Shown in pieces: positions 1 to 13,245 of a DNA stretch of 64,000 bases (position 1 is the stretch's first letter; every line of letters begins with the position of its first letter). The notes under the pieces are model-generated. The model had not been told where the DNA came from. It searched no databases and saw only the letters and a list, made by a program, of their open reading frames with translations. Origin of the DNA: Phallusia mammillata (taxonomy: Eukaryota). The DNA is taken from contig OZ281494.1 of NCBI GenBank assembly GCA_965637545.1, positions 34,224,001-34,288,000 of the forward strand. Direction: 5' to 3'. The position numbers and the translations under genes are program-made.

Positions 1-839
1 CAAAATCAGTCGATGGATATACATAGAATATACATACATTTCGCCTAACTGACATCTTTAGTAAACAGTGACCACCAATGACCATGTTGTCTGTTGCAGG
101 GTCTGATACTGTTCAGCATAATCACTTTCTTTCAAGCTTTAAACTAATTTTAAGATGTTTTTGAACTTATATATAAAAGTTTTGGCTGTTTTGTAAGGGC
201 CTTTATCACTACATATAGAGATGTTGAAAACACATCAACAAACATAAGTTTGAAGTAGAGATTCCAGCAAATTAAGTTCTGTAGGAATAACTGTACATTG
301 TGCATGTCCGGTGAAATAATTTAATGATGTAGGACAGCAATAGCATAAGGTCTATAAAGAGCAAAATCGAAGAGTTTTTTTCTAATTTGTACAAAAACTC
401 AATTTAAATAAGATATTTAGGATACTTTTGAATATTATTTAGATGAAATATATTTGATTAAAAACAGTTGCAACACTGGTATTTACCTAAATTAGTAGAA
501 AGTCAAGGACTAAACATTTTAGCAAGGCAGCAATATGAGGTTACAGGACTGAATTGTTTTGTGAATGGGGACACACATCCTAATAACTGAGTAAAAATGC
601 TAGAAGGACGTGATATGGTCCACTGGTGCGCAAAGAAAACAGCGCCCTTGTCCGCCCCGAGCAGCCATACTAATTTCTTTACACGTCACGTCACAATACA
701 AAGGTTTCCCGCCGAAAAAATCCGCGCTAGTCAAACCGACTGGAAGCGAAAGATCGAACAAACAGACGCAACCTCTTACGCTCGGTCGTGCGCAAACGAC
801 GGTGGCGATAAGAAAGTCAAATATTAACCAGACTTTGTT

Positions 840-886
840 GGTTAGCTCTGCCGGTCTCGAGCCGGGAAGGACTAACCCTTAATAAT
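840..886 (+). other. GC-rich hairpin followed by TTAATAAT; possible Helentron or SINE 3' end
   Basis: GGTTAG (840-845) pairs with CTAACC (872-877) around CCGG-TCTCGAG-CCGG. It ends a GC-richer block starting near 600. Confidence 0.3.
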
Positions 887-2538
887 GCTGCCAGTCAGCC
901 TACAACTGTACTTTCAAGTACGGTGTAACTGCAGCTAGTTTTGACTTGATCCACCAATTGTGCCCTCCACTGTTTTGCTCTTCATAGCGTCTTAACGTTG
1001 CTCAGATATTTCCAAATTGGTGATTGTTCATGTGCAATTGTGTCGCTATGTTTTTTTTTTCTTCAAGCGAAATGAACTCAAATCAAAAGTTCGTTTTTAA
1101 AAACCTATTTTTAAAAACATGACAACGCTAAGACATTATTTTGAATGTATTTGTCACTAAAAATGGCTCCACCCATTACTGTAAAGTCGCAAATTTACGA
1201 TTTTTTGTGTTGTGTGTAACCATGTACGAGTGCGACAAGCTTATAAAGTTTGAGAACCGCTAATAATGATTTCAGCCAGGAATAGGGTTCTAAAACCATG
1301 AAAAATTGTCTATTTTTGATCACAATTTTCTGAAACTTTGGCGTAAATTTTACAATTACGACGTTAACGTTGAGTCCTACAGTTGATTTGTTTAGGTGTG
1401 TATTTTCTTACGTTTATAGTTTGTAGAAAAATATCGACTAACTATTCAAATTTCTTGAGGTAATGGAAATGTTAAACGTACGTTGACAAACTTAATACAA
1501 AGTAAGCTTTAAAACGATTTTCGGCGGTTAAGTTATACCAGTTTTAGATTAGAGCGAAATTCAGTGTATTGCTTTGGCATTGTCAATAACTGTGTGGAAA
1601 TTAAGTCAATAACTAGTAATGTTTTTGGCAACACTTTTAACAACTTAAGCAATGTTGTGTATTACAATCTTACAATGCAACACTCATTCAGGTTGTGGTT
1701 CTTTATGCAATACTGCATTCTGTATCTGTTTCAAAGAAAAAAAATCACAGTTACGAAGCATTGCAATATAGTTCAGAGCAGTTATGCCCCTAATCTTTCT
1801 GGGAATCGCTTCTAGGCAATCGGAAGTAATCGCTACAACGATTTCGTTCCGGTTAGGGAAGCTGTGGTGGAGTGGCGACAAGCACAATGACGCAAACATC
1901 ACAGCACATTGACTGTAGACACGCCTACAATGCTAAGCCTGGCACTGTCACAAAACTTTGTGGTTCACAGACAGAACCTTATGGAACAAGTTCTGCAATA
2001 TACAGTGTACAAATCTACAAGTGAAAAACTTTGGCACAAAATGAAAGTTGACTTTGCCTGTCCAAAATGTAGTTGGTCAATGTGAATGTTGACTTTGTTT
2101 AGTGATCTTAATAAATTAACAGCTTTCCTTAGATTAAATGCAACCACATTGTTCAGTCGGTGGAACCAAATGAATGTGTTATGTGCTGTTTTTGACCATT
2201 CAACAAGCAATGTATATTTTTGGCGGACAAAGGCATTTAACCAAAATGATATTTATGTTTTTCGCTATGGGAATGTACTGTGCATCTATTTTAACACAAA
2301 ATTATGTCACAATCCGTCCTTGATATCGATTATTTTAGCTTGCTAAATCGAACCACAACCCATTTTCTGTGTACCAGAGGTTCTCAACCGGGTTACTTTG
2401 ACCCCATGGTTTATATTAGTCAGCACGGAAATAAAAGTGTGCAAAGATAATGTTAAAAAATTGGAGCCATTTTTATCTCCAGAGCCTGGAAAAAGCAGGA
2501 GAAAACGGTTGAGAATCGCGAAAAATGCTTTACAATAC

Positions 2539-2755
2539 CTTGTAGTTGCCTAATACGGCTGTCAGCAGTTGAAGGGGCACTTGTAAAGCCGTAGTCTGGG
2601 TCGTCAAAAACATGGCTACCACTGCGGCCGCGCGGGGTATTGTGTGAAGAATAGCGACCGCCGGGTCGTCGGGGTGAAACGGGGTCATCAAAGGATTCCT
2701 CGTTCGAAATCGAGCTAGATCTCGAACTCCGCTGAGAAATTGCAGCTGCTTGCAT
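2539..2755 (-). CDS. SPTBN1: Beta-spectrin alternative first coding exon (short N-terminus)
   Basis: ATG at 2755, then 72 codons (MQAAAISQRSSRSSSIS...PSTADSRIRQLQ) plus 1 nt, then donor G|GTATTG at 2538 (phase 1). The ending SRIRQLQ parallels the recalled short N-terminus of human SPTBN1 (MELQRTSSISGPLSP...GRFKQLQ|DERE). The downstream CH1 exon is not in the window. Confidence 0.75.
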
Positions 2756-5700
2756 TTTCGCTAATCACTCTCTCTGTTTAATCCTTTCCGCCGTTTGGGC
2801 GTGAATTCCGGAAATAGTGATAGTAAATCCACTTTTGTAGGCACAGATTTTTGTGGTATTAATCCAATGTTATGAGCATACTAATCCCTACGTTTTAAGC
2901 AGCACAGAGGCGCTCATATATTTACACAGGTTATGATGTATTTGCTCTTGTGACCAACAAACGCCCTGGTTTGAACCAAAACACAGTTTTAAAGAACTAA
3001 CTGTTTGACAAAGACACAAAGTACGCTATGACGTCACAACCCAATCTGTGACGAAACAAAGTTGAGAAGCAATCGATTGTTTTGATTTAATAAAACACCG
3101 TACGGTACTGTAACCAGTAAAACGTTATGCAACTCACAACTGCTGTTGTTAATTCAAAGAAAATTTCGACAACTCACAGCTTTTCACTTGCTTAAGACAA
3201 CAGCCCCCATTTAAGCTCACCACTCTGCCTTAATCAACACAGAAAACCGCTTAAAGTCCGCTGAAGTTTAAACTGGTCATCACAGCGACAGGTGGCCGCA
3301 TAGCGAAAGTTTACAATTCGGATTGAAATGGAATTGGTGTTTGGAAAGTCGGGATTTTGCTGTCGGACAAAAACTAGCATGAAACAAGGATGGACATAAA
3401 GGTCTCTCTCTAAGCCCAAGAGCTCAAGTGCTATCCCGAGTGCCCTTGGTGAACGGTTTTGAATGCAGATACGAGCTTGCTAGTTGTTCTGTATTTTAAT
3501 TAGACGATATTGCGCCTGAAAAGTTGCTTACTGGCCAAAAGCAATTTTGGATAAATGGCACTTAATCGGTGGTTAACAAGTTTCAACTTTAAGAATGCCG
3601 AAAGAAAATTGCAAAAATACTGCTTGCTTTTTCAACACACAATTGGTTGGGATGTTTCCAATTGCACATTTTTATTTTGCAGCCGCACAGGACAAGCGAA
3701 ACGAAAGCGTCACTAACACAGTAAGGTTTTATCGATTAAACCACCGACCTCTGTATGACCTTGGCACGAACGCGCGCATTTTACAAATCCGGTTGTTTAT
3801 CAATCGTTAAACGTAAACATCGTTTTATACGAACGAACAAAGCAGTCCTGATACGTAAACTGGGTGCTAAACTTTACCTTAGTATTGGTGAGGTTACAGT
3901 AGCAAATTTAAACCTTATCATTTTTTATCCATTTGACAACAAAAATATCTAAAAGGGGCAGAAACATTTGGGTTTTGAAAGCTTAACAAATCCTTAAGCC
4001 ATCTCAAATCATCCATAACGTATCGTCATTTAACACATCATAGCTGCAAAAACTGGCCAAAACATGTCAGTACAGTACTAACCACAACCCAAGTACTGGC
4101 AAACAAATTGCAAGCTAGTCATGTTTTAAACCAACAACCAATAATGTTTACAAAAAGGTCGAAAATACATGACTTTCTAGGTTTTAATGAATCTTACTAC
4201 TAATCCTCAACTATCCACGGCTATAAAATTAATCAATAACATGTCTCACTAATCCTGCTACAACACAACAGCATCAGCAGCCTAAATAAGTTCTCTGCAA
4301 TCACAGGGACTGAGCCTACTTATCAATGGAGTCGCGGACCGTACACACCATAAAGTTGTACACATGCTTCAGCAAACCACGGCCATCGAAAAGCAATTAA
4401 CAGTTGCCAGTTTCCGCTACCTTACAACGCTCCTATTTCTCTCACGCAGTGCAAGGCCAGCTAGCTATATTGGCGCAACTCTAGCTCTCTAGAACCAGTT
4501 TTTCCTCCTTTGAAAGTGAGTTAGGTTGCGTATTTGCACTGAAATAGTGGCTATATGACACCTGTGCTCGTGTTACCAACGAAATTGCGAGAAAAATAGG
4601 AGTAATATGGGATTTACGATTCAACTTTTGGTTTGACGGTCTGTCGAACGCAGTAATAGCTGTGTTTTTTTTTCTTGCTGCAAACTTCGGCTTTTGTTGG
4701 GACAACTAGTTATTTGGTGCATAAGCATGTGCATGTTTGGTTACAATTTAAACATTAAACTTCAAGATTAACTTAAGAAAGTTTTTGGTAGATTTGTGAT
4801 GCAGACCCTGGCTTTACTATTCTTATACTAGCAAGAACTTGCATAAAAATCTTCGGGCAAAAAGGCTTGAACATAGTGTTTAAAGAAACTCATACATTGA
4901 TATTTACCAATTTTCCAAACACAAACTACACTTGTGTTGGCACCAGTCTGCACAACTAATTCAAAAATACCTGTTTTAAATCAGCACATAATATGCTTTT
5001 TGTGTTAAATTGGCATCTGTCTGGAAAACAATCCAATGTGGTAAATCACATTACAACATCAGTTGGTTGGTATTTACATGCTTTGTTTTCATGGAAAGTT
5101 AAAATTCAAACCTTTCACTGATTTTCAACTGTCCTAGCTGTACTTGCGTTCAAAGAGCTTTAAGGCAAATTAAACACTTTCAAATTGCTTGAAATTTCTA
5201 CATAACAGAGAAAACATAAAACCACAACTGCCGTAGGTTACATTTCTGTCTAACATAAACCACATTACATCCAACCATCCCGATTTGACCTCGCCTACAC
5301 AAACTACCCGACTTCAACCAATTGCATTCGTCGCTTCTATCCAGCAATAGTTGAACACAGTTGTTTCAATAATCACAAAATCGATTGAACGAGTTCGACA
5401 GTAACGAACAGATCGACGTGTATTGCGATTTCCGAACGCCCTGCCTTGCTCCATGCTGGCACAATTGAGTGAGAGAGGTTACAAAGAGCACAATGGCCGA
5501 CGTTTCCATACAAAACAAATAGCGGTTCACTCGTGAGAGCAATTCGGGTTCTGAGCGCTGTAAGAGCTGCTGGCCGTTCTTGGCTGTTCAGAATAATAGA
5601 CAAACGATTGTGAATTGAGTAAATAACAGGCTATTCATGCTGGAACTATTGTGGGGTAGTTTGGAGCAAATCTGAGGCTCTAGTGTGAAGATTGATCACG

Positions 5701-7094
5701 AGAAATGTAAAAGTTGGCGAAAGTGAAAACAATAGTGACAATTTAATTATCTGATCTTATTACAGGAAAACGAGTGGATAGGCACTCGCTTTTGCTGATT
5801 TAAAACGCTAACAGTTGTGACAGAAGAATATCAATTGCGACACCCTTTTTATAAATGGAAACGCCTATAAAAAGTGGGTCTTACAACCTTCCTTTATTTT
5901 TTGTTATACTTTGCAGTTCGCTACCTTAGTCCTTAAATCTAGTAGTTTGTCTGTTGCTAACAAAAGTTGCATGGATATTTTTTTCGTTTTACACACATTA
6001 CAGGTTCATTAAAACATCCGTAAAAAAAAACACCACGTTAGTAGTAACCTTTTGCGCTTTAAAACCATTGCAGCAAAATCCCAGTCTTTTTAATTATGAT
6101 GATAGAAATATATATTTCGCCAATTCGCTAAAATCCGTTCGTTATTCAACCTTTTTTGCATAACATGACACGAAGTGCAAATCACACACACACAAACACT
6201 CACGGTTCTCAAAACCCTAAAAATACGCATAACAAAGGCATTTTACAGGTCTGCAATCTAACAAAACGCAAGCACCACATGAATGGCGTTCAATCAAGAC
6301 ATATCTTTCCGTTGCTGTCCTTTTTCGACTAACAGGAGAGCCACACAAAATATATGGGAATACGTTTTCTTACAGACACAAGCAAAACGACAAAAAACAT
6401 TCAACATGTCTTCATCTCAACTCAAGCGGGTTTCCGAGCTAGCATACTTTAAGATCCTGCTATAATATTTAAATTAGTTTTAGGTTGCGAGACGTTTAGA
6501 ATCTGCACACTATGCTACGTAATTCGTTTGTTTGTTAAAAATGGCCCACCATCTTTTACTGCTTTTGCCTACGTTGTTAAACAGTAAAAATAACACACAT
6601 GATTTAAAACGTACGCCTATTTAGGTGCGCAAACGCTACTAATAAAAAATCACCTGTCGGAAGCCATCTTACTACGCCTGCCAAAAATCGTAGGAACACA
6701 ACATAACGCCTAACAAAAAATCTAGTTGTCGTTCACACACATATAGCAGCTAAGTCAGGTAGCCATCATTTTATTCAGCAACGCCCATCCTCACTAATAC
6801 AACATCTCGCCAATCAAATTCAGCGAAGCGCGAACGAGCTATTTAGAATCTTGAAATCAATGCCTTGTCACGTGACAGCGCCGGGTCAGTTACACAAAAG
6901 ACCTGCTTACGTAGCAGTGACGTCAACCACAACACTGGCACAGAAATTAAGGAATCTTGCAGTAGTAGCACCTGCTGAGAGGCTGAGCTATTGTGAAGTG
7001 GCTCGCGTGACGGTTGCTGACAAGAATATTCTGCTACTTTTGCATAAGTTTACTGCAATTTTGTGATCTATGGTAGTTCAACTTTTCATGATCA

Positions 7095-7300
7095 TACACA
7101 CAAGCTCCCTAAATGCACTGGGGATATATGTGAGCAACATTAAATGTTCACGCGGTTGCCACACATCAGTTAATGTGCAGCATAGATTTTTGTGTGTCTG
7201 GGCTTTCACACAAGCTCCCTAAGTACACTGAGGACCACTTTCAGCAACAGTGGATGTGAATTCTGTGGCCACATACAACTTATGCGCAGAAAAGATTTTC
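7095..7300 (+). repeat. Dispersed repeat with about 110-bp internal duplication; related copy at about 51470-51640
   Basis: ACACAAGCTCCCTAA..GTGAGCAACATTAAATG..GCCACACATCAG..GTGCAGCA recurs twice locally and again in a CCP110 intron. Confidence 0.55.
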
Positions 7301-8188
7301 ATGTCTACGCAATGCGTAACGATACTGGCCTGCTGCAGATTGTTCAGAATTGCCTGTAGCCTGTGCAAGCAGCGAGTATCTTTACACGCACAACAGAGGG
7401 ATTCGATGCAGCAATGTGATAAGCAACACAAAATCAATGTTTGCCACACGATAGACATATTGGTTTGTCATGGCCTGACAGAATTATAATAATATTGGAT
7501 TGCCCAAAAGCATTACATTCACCTGACACGCAGTTACGAATCAACTGAAAAAATACCAGTTCACATGTATAATAGACATAGAATGAATCAACATGAAAAA
7601 TGGCTCTATTTTGGCATTTAAGAAAATCGCAATTACCTCGTGAAGTCGCTGGAACGAATTGAATTTCCTTAAATTGGACTTTGACGTTTCCAACATAGAT
7701 CACCTAATTTCACAAAAGTAACTTTAAATTATCAACCAAAATAAAACGACATCACTTCGCCGGTGGTTAAGTTACGGAAAAACTGGTTAATGCGGATTTT
7801 TATTTCAATTCTATTTACGGTGCATTTCCAGCAGGTCACAAGCCCGCAATTTGCGTGGCGCGTTTCTGACTCCGTTACAAGCAAATTACAGTCAAATGCC
7901 CAACGGTCTCACAAAAATGCGCGTCCCTTTGCGTCCATGTTATCGATTCTCTAATTTTGACGGCAAGAGGAATGACAGCGGAGCTAACACAATATATATT
8001 GTTACCGTGACTAATTAATTTACAAAATAGTTCTGCACGAAAGAAAATGGTCCTGTATCTTTTCAACGATCTACAACGAAAGTAAAATATTCGCACTGTG
8101 GAATTAAATACGGGCCTTATTGAAAGATGACTTAACTGAACAGGATCTTAGGTCAAAATATTTAAGTAACGAGATGACATATTACATG

Positions 8189-8367
8189 CAGTAAACCTCG
8201 GTGAATTCAGGCACGTTTGAACCAATGTCCGAACTATACGAAGATCCGGGTTAACCGATGTCGATTAGTTAAAGCCTTACCACATTGCCAATCATTTGTA
8301 CCTTAAGTTTTGTCCGAATTAGGCGAATACCTGTATTAACCGAATCCGGTTTTACCCAGGTTTACTG
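8189..8367. mobile_element. Tc1/mariner (pogo/Tigger-like) MITE
   Basis: TIRs CAGTAAACCTCGGT / ACCCAGGTTTACTG (13/14). Right flank TA, left flank TG. Confidence 0.7.
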
Positions 8368-10239
8368 TACTTTAGTGCCAATTTCGTCCACAATTGCTTC
8401 ATGAAATTGATAACAAATCCGTACATACGCAATATTTTTAGGCAAGGTTTTCGGACAAAGTAACGATCAACATAAACAGTACACAGCTATGGGCTAACTC
8501 AAACCGTCTTCTAACAATTTTCAACATTAGTTGATCCTAAAACGAAGTGTGTAATGTAGCGGCTTTGCAAGCCTGAACTGGTGAAATATTAACTAATGGA
8601 GCAACGATAGAGTCGAACAATACAGGGCGTACAAAGCTCTCATATTCATTGCCACGTTTTTCTTCAAATTTTCAGCTGTAAAACCCCAGAGGCCTATTCA
8701 AGGTCGACTGGGGTAGATACAATTGACGCACTTTTTAAAGTTTAGTGAACATTGATGTTTTTATGTGACGGCTGTTCTCAAGGCTAGGGGTGACAGTGTT
8801 TTTACTGTGTTTTTAGTGGGAACTGGTTCCAAACAGGGACAAACTTAAATGCAATAGATGACTGTTGTGTTTCGCTTAAGAGCAAACTTATAATTGCATT
8901 TATGTACCTTTTTATACGAACAAAATAGCGGGCGGTAAAAACGGCCTACATCAAAGATATTGTGCAAATGCTGCTGCGCTTCTACTTCTTTTCACCTTTT
9001 TCAAGTTTTACAATCGATTTGCACTGTAGTAGCACGAGTCATAAGAAAACAAAACCATATAAATATAAAATACAAGACAAAACTAAAAACATTTTCGACA
9101 AGCATTATAGTAACAATATAAGTAACATAGCCTACTGATGACACCAGAAAAAAACATACAGAAATTGCCAAAATTGGAGGAACCCTGAATCAACGGAAAA
9201 AATTAAAGACTACAATAACTGTGCGACGAAAACACCTCGACTTTTAAACCGTAATCATTAATGCAAAATCACAGTAACAGTATAGACAGCTGCAAAGTTT
9301 AGAGTAAAATACACGCGCAAAAAAACCGTTGGCTTTAAACCAATGCCTAACCCATTTTGCACTATCATGGTCTATTTCAACACAACTAATACTCTATCTA
9401 CTAGAAAAACATGAACACTGCAATACCCTAACGAGACTCACATAAAATAACGGACAATAGTCGAAAAAAGGGCGTTAAACTGCGAAACGGGGGGTCTGGG
9501 GAAAATGTAATGATTAACCAGCGATAAAAAAACGCTGAGAATAAGCTGGGAGGTGTTGGTTCAAGTAGGAAAACGTCAACCTTCGGCCTATTGGAATCAA
9601 ACAACGCTGTGGTGAAGCGATCGATTATTAACGACTAACAGTAGTTTAGATTGCGCGGGATCATAACTATGACGTCATGATTTCTAATGTTCAAAGTTGG
9701 GGGGTTAATTGGGGGGCGAGTTTTTAAAAAGCGATTAAAGGTGTTTAAGCAACTAAGTCTGTTTTTACAGGCGTTTTTCGCCCAATATAAGCGACTTTAA
9801 TTCTATTATTGCAGCGTCATGCTTGCGTCGCTATGTAAATGTTGTCTTTGGCAATGTTGGAAAAACGTATAAAACATTGAAAGCGGTAATTAAAGAGAAG
9901 CGGGATGGAAAAATTGCTCCATTAGGATGAAAAAAGTTACAACAAAAATCACGACCTCCAATGAACACATTCTATAAGCGTTCGTGTTTTACTACGTTGC
10001 ATAAACTTATCTCAAAACGGCCTTTTGTAAAATAACAACTTTTTTTACACCCCAATCCTAATTCCACTTACCCACAGCAACGTAACTAATTGCAATGCGC
10101 TGTTTTCAGTATTTCATTTGCAGTGTTTGCATGTGTAAGGTTTACACAACGAGGTAGCCCGTAAAAAGTAGTCTCTAAAATAATATATTCTCATAAAGGT
10201 CAACCTTTTCTGAATAACAGTGTCTGCTCAGACTAATGA

Positions 10240-10295
10240 ATGTAAAGCCCCTATAAGATCCGACTGTGGTGAGATTCGAACCCATGACGAAAGAT
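10240..10295 (-). mobile_element. tRNA-derived SINE fragment (B box)
   Basis: Minus strand GTCATGGGTTCGAATCTCACCACAGTCGG. No complete cloverleaf. Confidence 0.45.
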
Positions 10296-11651
10296 TTTTG
10301 TTTTAATTTTCACATTTTGTGTCTCAACAGTAGTCAAAAACGCCAGAAACTAACAACCTAACCCAACCAAATACAAGCCACGTTTACGACAACGCCCCCA
10401 AGCGGATTGGGCTTAACCTTGACTGTAAAGTACATCCGTTGCTCCACCAACATAACTACTTCAAGTAGAACATTGAGAGCACTCGATTCAAAAGTTTCAA
10501 AGCCATACAAGTGGCGAGTACATGAACTGTAAAGTTGCACGAGCAACGATTTAAGCCAAGCAAAAGAACTTCGACGTTTTCTGGTTTTACGACAGAGTGT
10601 TTGTTACGCTTTAGGGCAATTATTATTTTTTTCAGACATTTTAGGCTTTGAACTATTTTTGCCTTAGGAAAATCATTCGTGGTTTGAATGAAAATTTAAA
10701 GAAGTACAAACTGTATTGAGTTGAAAAAGTCGCAACAAGACATGAAACTTTCACTACCTTTTTTCTTAAAATTCCTTTTTGTTCCCTAACTACAGGAATT
10801 GGAGGGGGAAATGATTGAAAAGTTCTGTACAATATTTTCAAACATCAGCCGATACACAAAGACATCGCAGCAAACTCCGTACATGCTTCGCAACTTTTCG
10901 GAGAATCAACTGAACAGCTTACAAAGAACTAAGGCTGCCGTAGAATTGACATTTTAATTATAGGGTTTAGTCGAGAGCTCCGTACTCTTCATTGAAAAGC
11001 CTTGTGCACAATGCAAACGATATATAATGCATTAGGAGGCAAGGCATTCACATTAAGGATACAAGCATGCTAATCTTTAATCGCATGTTGCACAAAAAGA
11101 TTATCTAACAGCAGGGGCAAAAAGTGGACATAAATTTGTCATCGGCAAATTAGTATATATGTGTGTTTTAGGGACAGAAAGTTAGTTGTTGTTGCAAAAT
11201 GTTTCTAGAAATGTTTTTTTCAGGGCATTGGGGTACGATTTACACAATTGTCTGTAAATATAAAAAATCTAATGTTTTACTGTACCTAGCACTTTCCTGT
11301 TGCGTCTTGCTTTGAATTAACATATTAATAGAATGAATGAGCCTGTTTCCTAAACTTGACAAACTAGAATGAATTGACTATGTGTAATTTCTCTTCATTG
11401 AGCTACATCGTTGTGGTAATAACCAGCATATATTTACCCATGAGAACATCGTACAAATGACAGTGATAATGTGGATGAATTCTAACGTGGTCTCAGGATG
11501 AATTCTAATGTATTCTTTGTTAACAAAATAGTTCCTCGCCGTGAATTAATAAATTCGAATTTTGTTCAACTCGTACTTTCACTGAGAATGTCCGAGTAGT
11601 GCGTATTAGCAAAGTTAAATGGGAAACATTGTTTTTTTATATTACGCTAAC

Positions 11652-12548
11652 CTGCGAGTGCCTTGATGCGATTCTGTTCGAACTGACGAGCTGAGCTGTT
11701 ATCCAAATCCTCATCGTCTTCATACTCGGCAGTATCCCACCTCTTATCAATATATTCCTCCATATCGTATCCCAGATCTTCGTTGCCATTATCAACTGCA
11801 GTCTTTTGCGCTGTTTGTCTAAAAAGTACGTGTTTAGAAAGAAGGATAGATGAAAAATGAAAAAAAAAACTGCTGACAGCGCGAATAAAAATACCAACAG
11901 TAAAATCCAACAGTAAAGCTGTAGAACATACAATTTAAAACATCTTGCAAAACCAAACAGTTTTGGTCAAGTCAAGGGAATGCACATTTCACCGATCTGT
12001 ATGATTAGTTCCAGCAGTTAACACCCGACGGTGCTTGCTGGGGCAAAATTTAAACAATGCTTTTCAATAATTGTTATAATTTAAATCCAGATTAAAGAAA
12101 CGAACGAATTGGTTAACTTTTAGCAGGTTGCAAATAGGCAGGACAATTTCCTCTACCAGGCTCTTGTCTTCAAACTGAGTTGTAAAGTTTTTAGGTTTTG
12201 GCCGGAATTCAAATCAAGGAACTGGCGACTTTTTGAGTAAAAATCGCTTTTACAAACCACACCTATACCTTTTGCTGCAAGTCTAACCCTATTTAACAAC
12301 GCTAAGACAAAAAAATCGACTTCTCAAATCCAACGAACATCAAAGACTTACGGGGAAACAGCAGAAGCTGCGTTAATCTCGAACTTTCTACTTTGTTGGA
12401 CTTCACCGGCCATCTTAGATCGCACAACTTGCTCCTCAACTCCACCAGATTCGGGAACTAAGTTGTTGAGGTCGTCACGTGCAACGTTGTCCAGCTGCGT
12501 CGAAACGCCACCACTCTGAAATGTGGTCGACTGCGAATAAGCGAACAT
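11652..12548 (-). CDS. SPTBN1: Beta-spectrin canonical N-terminal coding exons
   Basis: Exon 11818-11652 (acceptor tttttag, donor G|GTTAGC, phase 2 to phase 1) encodes ...YIDKRWDTAEYEDDEDLDNSSARQFEQNRIKALA, matching recalled human SPTBN1 NNRWDVDDWDNENSSARLFERSRIKALA|DERE. The preceding exon ends at 12352 (CC|GTAAGT, phase 2, in frame) and starts at ATG 12548, ATG 12413 or acceptor 12515. Symbol is nominal: probably a co-orthologue of vertebrate SPTB/SPTBN1/2/4. Confidence 0.88.
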
Positions 12549-12653
12549 GAATTGCGAGAATGCGGCTTCAGTTTGCTTTGGAATTTACAAGCCGCTTGGG
12601 AGTGCTTTGGTGGAAAGTTGAGCCGCAAAGCAACGGAAAATGTACAATACTAC

Positions 12654-12716
12654 CTGAGTGCTGCTGGTAAAATATTCTGATCCATCAGTGTAAGCGGGTT
12701 TGAAATTCCCGGCCAT
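12654..12716 (-). CDS. Candidate alternative first exon of beta-spectrin (MAGNFKPAYTDGSEYFTSSTQ)
   Basis: gttATGG start, 21 codons, donor CAG|GTAGTA (phase 0). Compatible with the phase-0 acceptor tttcag|AGT at 12515. Confidence 0.4.
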
Positions 12717-13245
12717 AACCCGACTTTTTGTTTGAAAGCCCGAACTTGGCCCGAATCGTTTTTTGTTTTAAAGCTCAAATAGACCCTTGAACTGTACGAA
12801 TTATACGATAAGTACGTTTTATACAACTCGGGTAGCAATTTTGATCTTAGTTAAGCTTTTTTAGTTATTTTGAACCCCCCAAATGTGCTAACTGTATCGA
12901 CACATTAGGGGCAGATACGTTGAAAAGTTTAAATGATTTTTTCACTTATGAAGCCGTAAGTTATATCGAGACGTATAAGTTAGAAGTTGGCAACGATTAT
13001 TACTAATTAATTTGTAGTTTGGAAGTCAACTGTCTCTCAATTTCTTTATCCCATAAAACATTTTGTCTCATGATAGAACGTGCCATGCTCAGTTTAACTT
13101 GCAGTGTATCTTAATGTTATCGATAAAAACGTTTTTACACAGACGTTTAGGACGTGTCAACATAGCATCCAAAAACATATAAATAACACATTTCTAATAA
13201 CAAAAAGTATACAAAGGTGTAATAAACATAAATTAAAACACTAAC

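Noticed and set aside
60-150. Exon-like minus-strand segment LKESDYAEQYQTLQQTTW as the spectrin CH1 exon
   Set aside because: No similarity to DEREAVQKKTFTKW and weak splice sites. The CH1 exon must lie left of the window.
597-882. Overlapping ORFs of 76 and 90 aa
   Set aside because: No recognisable motif. They fall in a GC-rich repeat-like block inside the spectrin intron.
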